Source: Octopus bimaculoides
Taxonomy: Eukaryota
Length of the DNA: 64,000 nucleotides
NCBI RefSeq assembly: GCF_001194135.2
Contig: NC_068990.1
Location: forward strand, 85,142,556-85,206,555
Reading direction: 5' to 3'
Shown piece by piece: positions 62,301-64,000 of this stretch. Under the pieces are notes generated by a model, which was not told where the DNA came from, made no database searches, and saw only the letters and a program-made list of their open reading frames with translations. Within the stretch, counting starts at the first letter, position 1. The number at the start of each line of letters is the position of its first letter. The position numbers and the translations under genes were made by a program.

Positions 62301-62824
62301 CATGCTAGCATGGGTTGGACGATTTGACTGAGGTGTAACTATGAGATTACAGAATATTAGGATTAATTAATCAGATTAATAATTAACCAAATATGAAAGA
62401 TGATTATAAAAATACATACCATTTCACCAGGGGCACCTAAAGATCCCTGTACTCCTTGCTCACCCTGACAAAGAAAACAAACAAAAATATATTGATTTTG
62501 TGTCATTTCAGTCACAGATTTTAATGAACCTGTGTATACAGGTTGTATGTATTTATTTTATTTTGAGGTTTTATTATGATATATAAAAGTATTGTTCATA
62601 AACATTATTGATGCAGTATATGAAAAAGTTAATAGAATTTTATTTCACTCTGATTTTATGAGTTGTCACTTGTCCTAGTGACACACACACACACACACAT
62701 ATACATGTGTGTGTGCATGCCTCTAATCTATGTATAATCTTTAAAAAGAGAAATTCTTCTAAATACTTACTTGTTGGCCTTCATGTCCAGTTAAGCCAAT
62801 AGGTCCTTGTGGACCACCTAAACC
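7093..62824 (-). CDS. Clade B fibrillar collagen alpha chain (type V/XI-like), multi-exon; 5' part outside window, last exon partly in gap (48 exons listed separately)
   Basis: 43 phase-0 Gly-X-Y exons plus 5 C-terminal exons splice into one open frame. Colinear with recalled human alpha1(XI)/alpha1(V), e.g. [18 protein letters not shown] vs [43 protein letters not shown] motifs NPAVSC, YWIDPN, GETC, FTYFC, SAAWYD, DGC. RKKR furin-type site. Confidence 0.96.
7333..7545 (-). CDS. collagen exon W47 (213 bp) [36 protein letters not shown]...PFDGCK
   Basis: accag acceptor, gtaag donor; VQL..LRL, TYFC, SAAWYD, DGC motifs. Confidence 0.96.
8032..8103 (-). CDS. collagen exon W46 (72 bp) [24 protein letters not shown]
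   Basis: ttcaaag acceptor, gtaaa donor; W...WFSE..G pattern of clade B C-propeptide. Confidence 0.92.
8568..8948 (-). mobile_element. SINE family B, full length
   Basis: reverse complement of head at 2165 and tail at 59500-59690. Confidence 0.88.
9132..9244 (-). CDS. collagen exon W45 (113 bp) (G)[37 protein letters not shown]
   Basis: atttag acceptor phase 1, gtaag donor; YWIDPN and GETC COLFI motifs. Confidence 0.96.
9499..10494 (+). mobile_element. three tandem 3' ends of an R4/Dong-like (RLE-type) non-LTR retrotransposon within (TAA)n
   Basis: [37 protein letters not shown]...[20 protein letters not shown]; copies 9499-9813, 10048-10316, 10317-10494; (TAA)n at 9421-9498 and ~10290-10316. 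Confidence 0.8.
10495..10630 (+). mobile_element. SINE family F body (headless) with Penelope-type end
   Basis: near-identical to 11128-11275; contains ctgatgaaggctg...cagccgaaacgttgtg. Confidence 0.75.
10545..10590 (+). ncRNA. minimal type I hammerhead ribozyme-like motif (Penelope-type)
   Basis: GACAC-CTGATGA-A-GGCTG(10-nt loop)CAGCC-GAAA-CG-TT-GTGTT: stems I and II pair, catalytic boxes intact, palindromic ACGU helix III. Confidence 0.55.
11030..11310 (+). mobile_element. SINE family F, full length (tRNA head, internal TAA tract, Penelope-like tail with mutated hammerhead core)
   Basis: A-box tggtgtagtagtt, B-box gagttcaattcc; ends ~25 bp from the W44 donor. Confidence 0.75.
11337..11712 (-). 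CDS. collagen exon W44 (376 bp): helix end, telopeptide, polybasic furin site, coiled coil, start of COLFI ([41 protein letters not shown]...[27 protein letters not shown])
   Basis: cctag acceptor, gtaag phase-1 donor matching the next exon; ORF 11323..11655. Confidence 0.96.
13130..13165 (-). CDS. collagen exon W43 (36 bp) [12 protein letters not shown]
   Basis: AG/GT sites, Gly-X-Y x4. Confidence 0.93.
14571..14606 (-). CDS. collagen exon W42 (36 bp) [12 protein letters not shown]
   Basis: AG/GT sites, Gly-X-Y x4. Confidence 0.94.
14858..15152 (-). mobile_element. tRNA-derived SINE family E
   Basis: reverse complement of the copy at 28267-28590 (ttcttgagcaagacactttatttcacgttgctccag...); degenerate copy ~47630-47835. 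Confidence 0.85.
15468..15521 (-). CDS. collagen exon W41 (54 bp) [18 protein letters not shown]
   Basis: AG/GT sites, Gly-X-Y x6. Confidence 0.96.
16207..16314 (-). CDS. collagen exon W40 (108 bp) [36 protein letters not shown]
   Basis: AG/GT sites, Gly-X-Y x12. Confidence 0.96.
16577..17050 (+). mobile_element. SINE family A, full length with internal (TA)n gap
   Basis: head to tail gagtaaaagagt; matches 49370-49791. Confidence 0.88.
18430..18675 (+). mobile_element. RTE-clade LINE reverse transcriptase fragment
   Basis: [19 protein letters not shown]...[17 protein letters not shown] resembles MK.GKA.G..G...EMLK...P.DW......YKGKGD. Confidence 0.7.
20373..20426 (-). CDS. collagen exon W39 (54 bp) [18 protein letters not shown]
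   Basis: AG / gtacat (weaker donor), Gly-X-Y x6; terminal K plus GHQ of W40 forms the helical K-G-H cross-link motif. Confidence 0.95.
21619..21672 (-). CDS. collagen exon W38 (54 bp) [18 protein letters not shown]
   Basis: AG/GT sites, Gly-X-Y x6. Confidence 0.96.
22030..22330 (-). mobile_element. RTE-clade LINE reverse transcriptase fragment
   Basis: [32 protein letters not shown]...PWELL (ORF 22108..22323). Confidence 0.8.
22820..22873 (-). CDS. collagen exon W37 (54 bp) [18 protein letters not shown]
   Basis: AG/GT sites, Gly-X-Y x6. Confidence 0.96.
23960..24067 (-). CDS. collagen exon W36 (108 bp) [36 protein letters not shown]
   Basis: AG / gtatg, Gly-X-Y x12. Confidence 0.96.
24622..24675 (-). 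CDS. collagen exon W35 (54 bp) [18 protein letters not shown]
   Basis: AG / gtaaa, Gly-X-Y x6. Confidence 0.96.
24742..25038. mobile_element. intact 297-bp hAT (Charlie-like) MITE
   Basis: perfect 16-bp TIRs caggggttttcaaact / agtttgaaaacccctg; perfect 8-bp TSD ctgtagat at 24734-24741 and 25039-25046. Confidence 0.92.
25200..25500 (+). mobile_element. Penelope-like end (family G) abutting (TA)n; opposite-strand copy at ~43945-44140
   Basis: ctgttaaagagcgtaggctcgaaa...gtaaatttcaactata; reverse complement of tatagttggaatttac...tttcgagcctacgctcttcaacag. Confidence 0.6.
26231..26284 (-). CDS. collagen exon W34 (54 bp) [18 protein letters not shown]
   Basis: AG/GT sites, Gly-X-Y x6. Confidence 0.96.
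26351..26460 (-). mobile_element. family D retroposon 3' end with (ATG)n tail; other copies 45269-45540, 52107-52258, 60229-60482, 62276-62333
   Basis: catcatcgtttaacgtccgctttccatgctagcatgggttggacgatttgactgagg shared at one fixed end, variable truncation at the other. Confidence 0.8.
26820..27011. mobile_element. non-autonomous DNA element end, possibly Crypton-like
   Basis: acaaacaaatatgactgaaaacaatatctctgcctttgctaagggggaggtaa resembles recalled ...aaacataacctcc..ggcggaggtaa termini. Confidence 0.3.
27241..27294 (-). CDS. collagen exon W33 (54 bp) [18 protein letters not shown]
   Basis: AG/GT sites, Gly-X-Y x6. Confidence 0.96.
27573..27680 (-). CDS. collagen exon W32 (108 bp) [36 protein letters not shown]
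   Basis: AG/GT sites, Gly-X-Y x12. Confidence 0.96.
28267..28590 (+). mobile_element. SINE family E
   Basis: homologous to 14858-15152. Confidence 0.82.
29055..29162 (-). CDS. collagen exon W31 (108 bp) [36 protein letters not shown]
   Basis: AG/GT sites, Gly-X-Y x12. Confidence 0.96.
29615..30125. mobile_element. RTE-clade LINE remnant in two opposite orientations
   Basis: plus: [31 protein letters not shown]...[10 protein letters not shown]; minus: GRPRMKRLN-like C-terminus; 20-nt direct repeat at the junction ~29867-29910. Confidence 0.55.
30392..30445 (-). CDS. collagen exon W30 (54 bp) [18 protein letters not shown]
   Basis: AG/GT sites, Gly-X-Y x6. Confidence 0.96.
31390..31497 (-). 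CDS. collagen exon W29 (108 bp) [36 protein letters not shown]
   Basis: AG / gtaaa, Gly-X-Y x12. Confidence 0.96.
31586..31772. repeat. (GAT)n/(TAA)n trinucleotide microsatellite
   Basis: direct reading; similar tracts at 37783-37822 (TAC), 40335-40455, 52418-52497; (CA)n 30205-30312; (TA)n 21790-21861; poly(A) 15711-15748. Confidence 0.95.
31810..32370 (+). mobile_element. mariner transposon 5' remnant (TIR plus decayed HTH)
   Basis: caggttgtcccataaataatgtccg TIR; [21 protein letters not shown]...SCRRWFAK...GRP from ATG 31993. Confidence 0.78.
32474..32527 (-). CDS. collagen exon W28 (54 bp) [18 protein letters not shown]
   Basis: AG/GT sites, Gly-X-Y x6. Confidence 0.96.
33190..33678. 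mobile_element. 489-bp pogo/Tigger-type MITE
   Basis: TIRs ccgtaaatcctcaagtata / tatactcgaggatttacag (2 mismatches), TA on both sides, subterminal tgcgta(c/t)tata repeats. Confidence 0.88.
34144..34197 (-). CDS. collagen exon W27 (54 bp) [18 protein letters not shown]
   Basis: AG/GT sites, Gly-X-Y x6. Confidence 0.96.
35935..36165. repeat. degenerate ~36-bp minisatellite (aactgataggtcttaaatg...) next to the W26 donor
   Basis: about 6 imperfect units. Confidence 0.6.
36184..36237 (-). CDS. collagen exon W26 (54 bp) [18 protein letters not shown]
   Basis: AG/GT sites, Gly-X-Y x6. Confidence 0.96.
37662..37715 (-). CDS. collagen exon W25 (54 bp) [18 protein letters not shown]
   Basis: AG / gtgag, Gly-X-Y x6. 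Confidence 0.97.
38851..38904 (-). CDS. collagen exon W24 (54 bp) [18 protein letters not shown]
   Basis: AG/GT sites, Gly-X-Y x6. Confidence 0.96.
39188..39241 (-). CDS. collagen exon W23 (54 bp) [18 protein letters not shown]
   Basis: AG/GT sites, Gly-X-Y x6. Confidence 0.96.
40074..40127 (-). CDS. collagen exon W22 (54 bp) [18 protein letters not shown]
   Basis: AG/GT sites, Gly-X-Y x6. Confidence 0.96.
40497..40550 (-). CDS. collagen exon W21 (54 bp) [18 protein letters not shown]
   Basis: AG/GT sites, Gly-X-Y x6. Confidence 0.96.
41093..41329. mobile_element. degenerate Tigger-like MITE
   Basis: TA-cagtaatccctcgactat left end; degenerate right end atatggtgagggaatgttg-TA. Confidence 0.55.
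41937..42026 (-). CDS. collagen exon W20 (90 bp) [30 protein letters not shown]
   Basis: AG/GT sites, Gly-X-Y x10; 90-bp exon as recalled for clade B genes. Confidence 0.96.
42471..42922 (+). mobile_element. tandem pair of a tRNA-Thr(CGT)-headed SINE; body also at ~366-545 and ~17240-17370
   Basis: about 298-bp offset duplication; cloverleaf-like head 42754-42827; shared body tagcattatc..gtttgagaa...caacgcttctaaa.caaac. Confidence 0.7.
43193..43246 (-). CDS. collagen exon W19 (54 bp) [18 protein letters not shown]
   Basis: AG/GT sites, Gly-X-Y x6. Confidence 0.96.
44152..44222 (-). mobile_element. SINE family A tail fragment
   Basis: reverse complement of gtcgatttg.tcgactaaaggtggtgctccagcatggccacaatcaaaatgactgaaacaaat. 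Confidence 0.75.
44478..44762 (+). mobile_element. 5'-truncated RTE LINE 3' end (C-terminal Cys/His motif) flanked by (TATG)n
   Basis: [16 protein letters not shown]...KRAARK...[17 protein letters not shown] (ORF 44455..44691). Confidence 0.8.
44822..44875 (-). CDS. collagen exon W18 (54 bp) [18 protein letters not shown]
   Basis: AG/GT sites, Gly-X-Y x6. Confidence 0.96.
45701..45754 (-). CDS. collagen exon W17 (54 bp) [18 protein letters not shown]
   Basis: AG/GT sites, Gly-X-Y x6. Confidence 0.96.
46114..46167 (-). CDS. collagen exon W16 (54 bp) [18 protein letters not shown]
   Basis: AG/GT sites, Gly-X-Y x6. Confidence 0.96.
47098..47250 (-). CDS. collagen exon W15 (153 bp) [51 protein letters not shown]
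   Basis: AG / gttag, Gly-X-Y x17 (54+45+54). Confidence 0.96.
47340..48660. repeat. two AT-rich ~39-40-bp minisatellites (47340-47520, 48480-48660) sharing attagattggga
   Basis: repeated tattaaatattagattggga / gacattaattattagattgggatgttaaatattaca units. Confidence 0.6.
48010..48410 (-). mobile_element. CR1/Jockey-group LINE 3' remnant
   Basis: more GC-rich block; decayed HRR.....L....PPP...R and VNSI-like terminal motifs. Confidence 0.45.
49024..49068 (-). CDS. collagen exon W14 (45 bp) [15 protein letters not shown]
   Basis: AG/GT sites, Gly-X-Y x5. Confidence 0.95.
49370..49791 (+). mobile_element. SINE family A, full length
   Basis: taggcgcaggagtggctgtgtggtaag head; tail ggcggtgctccagcatggccacagtcaaatgactgaaacaagtaaaagagtaaaagag. 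Confidence 0.9.
50324..50377 (-). CDS. collagen exon W13 (54 bp) [18 protein letters not shown]
   Basis: AG/GT sites, Gly-X-Y x6. Confidence 0.95.
51197..51250 (-). CDS. collagen exon W12 (54 bp) [18 protein letters not shown]
   Basis: AG / gtatg, Gly-X-Y x6. Confidence 0.96.
52358..52411 (-). CDS. collagen exon W11 (54 bp) [18 protein letters not shown]
   Basis: AG / gtgag, Gly-X-Y x6. Confidence 0.96.
52865..52972 (-). CDS. collagen exon W10 (108 bp) [36 protein letters not shown]
   Basis: AG / gtgag, Gly-X-Y x12; contains an RGD. Confidence 0.96.
53350..54135. other. largest assembly gap (786 N) inside (TA)n; other gaps 4329-4487, 6830-7092, 9814-10047, 16763-16823, 18335-18376, ~20563-20573, 25384-25475, ~40392-40401, 46819-46983, 59353-59430
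   Basis: N runs, mostly flanked by microsatellites. Confidence 0.98.
54562..54606 (-). CDS. collagen exon W9 (45 bp) [15 protein letters not shown]
   Basis: AG/GT sites, Gly-X-Y x5. Confidence 0.95.
55120..55173 (-). CDS. collagen exon W8 (54 bp) [18 protein letters not shown]
   Basis: AG/GT sites, Gly-X-Y x6. Confidence 0.96.
56106..57108 (-). mobile_element. CR1/L2-group LINE, 3' ~1 kb (RT C-terminus, ORF2 end, 3' tail)
   Basis: YADDTK; [27 protein letters not shown]; terminal [12 protein letters not shown]...SSSLMHQ*; 3' UTR with ggcagtgccccagcatggccacag. Confidence 0.85.
57208..57252 (-). CDS. collagen exon W7 (45 bp) [15 protein letters not shown]
   Basis: AG/GT sites, Gly-X-Y x5. 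Confidence 0.95.
58342..58440 (-). CDS. collagen exon W6 (99 bp) [33 protein letters not shown]
   Basis: AG/GT sites, Gly-X-Y x11 (45+54). Confidence 0.97.
59308..59352 (-). CDS. collagen exon W5 (45 bp visible, acceptor in gap; 54 bp predicted) [15 protein letters not shown]
   Basis: gtaag donor and Gly-X-Y x5 visible; 5' end runs into N gap 59353-59430. Confidence 0.9.
59431..59690 (+). mobile_element. SINE family B (head hidden in gap)
   Basis: core and tail match reverse complement of 8568-8830. Confidence 0.85.
60838..60882 (-). CDS. collagen exon W4 (45 bp) [15 protein letters not shown]
   Basis: AG/GT sites, Gly-X-Y x5. Confidence 0.96.
61538..61591 (-). CDS. collagen exon W3 (54 bp) [18 protein letters not shown]
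   Basis: AG/GT sites, Gly-X-Y x6. Confidence 0.96.
62420..62464 (-). CDS. collagen exon W2 (45 bp) [15 protein letters not shown]
   Basis: tgtcag / gtatg, Gly-X-Y x5. Confidence 0.95.
62771..62824 (-). CDS. collagen exon W1 (54 bp) [18 protein letters not shown]
   Basis: ttgtag acceptor, gtaag donor, Gly-X-Y x6. Confidence 0.95.
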
Positions 62825-64000
62825 CTACAAAAAGTAAAAAAGAAAGAATAACAATGAATTCACCATCAAACCTAAAAGTTTCTGGTTAACAATGCTATTT
62901 CAAATCCAATAACCCTCTACTCACCACATAATTTCCTCTCTAGCTTATCTCTTAATATTTACTAGTCACTGGTTTTATATATTGTCATGATGTAAAACTT
63001 TGCATTAACAGAAGGTACAAACAAACAAATAAGCAATGATCGTTCACGATCTGAAAAACAAGCTTTCATTCCAAATATATACATGTTGGTTAGCCCTAGG
63101 CCATCACTAAATGAACAGACTCTGATTATAAGCTATGATCATCTTGTTTTTTCTTTGCCTTCAGGGAATGTGCATTTAAGATTAGATGAACCATTATCAT
63201 ACAACATTTCCTTCCCTTTTTAATTCAGTCGGGGACTTATAGATTTGGCTGCCATTTCTAGTAGCTCAGGTGATCAGTGACCATGTAATGGTTTCCCCAA
63301 GGTCAGTGGGGTTGCATCTTGTTCTGTTATCTTTTTGGCATTATGTTGTGATAGTTATGCTCAGTGGTCTTACATTCAATATTGTTGTGTTTAGTGGTGT
63401 TGTGATGTTGATTTGGCAGTTTTGTCTCCTGTGATATGTTGTGTTGCAGTGTTGTTGTAGTGTGTTGTTGTGTTCAGTTTTGTTGTGTTATAGAGTCATG
63501 TTGAAATGTTGTATTTAGTAACATTGTGCTGCTGCATACATTAGTTTATAATATTGTATTATGAACTGAAACTCACATAAAATTCATTTAATCATTATAG
63601 TGTTGTAAAACAGTTAATATTTTCTAAAGGAAAGGGGGCGAACAGGCAGAAATGTTAGCATGCCTGGCAAAATGCTTAGCAGTATTTCGTCTGTCTTTAC
63701 ATTCTGAGTTCAAATTCCAGGGAGGTCGACTTTGCCTTTCATCCTTTTGGGGTCGATAAATTAAATACCAGTTGTGTACTAGGATCAATTTAATCAATTG
63801 CCCCCCCCCCCCAAAAAAAAATTTCAGGCCTTGTGCCTTGCATAGAAAAGAATATTTTGTTAAGGGGTCTCAGATGGCCAAGTGGAATGAGTGTAATACA
63901 ACCTGAGCAGATGTTTGTTAGCATCCTGATACTGGCATTGTACCACATTTGCCACCATTTCAACTGTTCCTAGTATTTGGTTATTACTTTAGTTTATTAC

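Noticed and set aside
1-64000. CRISPR arrays, operons, rRNA or other prokaryotic systems
   Set aside because: Spliceosomal gene structure and eukaryotic repeats throughout; no repeat-spacer arrays or rRNA motifs seen.
62830-64000. Further upstream collagen exon
   Set aside because: No Gly-X-Y block with splice sites found; the next exon must lie beyond the window.

Overview
AT-rich, microsatellite- and SINE-dense animal genomic DNA with 11 N-gaps. The repeat families look like octopus/cephalopod DNA (inference from recognition, not a search). The window is dominated by one minus-strand multi-exon gene: the 3' ~80% of a clade B fibrillar collagen (alpha1(V)/alpha1(XI)-like). I traced 48 exons (W1-W48, transcription order) from 62824 down to ~7093. 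All visible splice sites are GT-AG. W1-W43 are phase-0 Gly-X-Y exons of 36/45/54/90/99/108/153 bp; with W44 they give about 309 uninterrupted triplets. W44-W48 encode the telopeptide and COLFI C-propeptide; the stop codon is hidden in a gap. The 5' part of the gene lies beyond position 64000. At 1-330 there is a CpG-rich NRF1/ETS promoter and a probable first exon of a second minus-strand gene. Introns hold several tRNA-derived SINE families, RTE/CR1/R4-type LINE fragments, mariner remnants, intact hAT and pogo-type MITEs, and Penelope-type ends. Most notable: (i) a remodelled trimerisation module (Cys2 and Cys3 both lost, chain-recognition loop shortened, longer coiled coil, conserved glycan sequon lost); (ii) a 16-residue polybasic furin site and two GKRGSK cationic helix clusters; (iii) a minimal hammerhead-ribozyme motif in a tRNA-headed SINE; (iv) a SINE-LINE pair sharing a 3' tail. 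Comparisons with human collagens use recalled sequences and need confirming by alignment.
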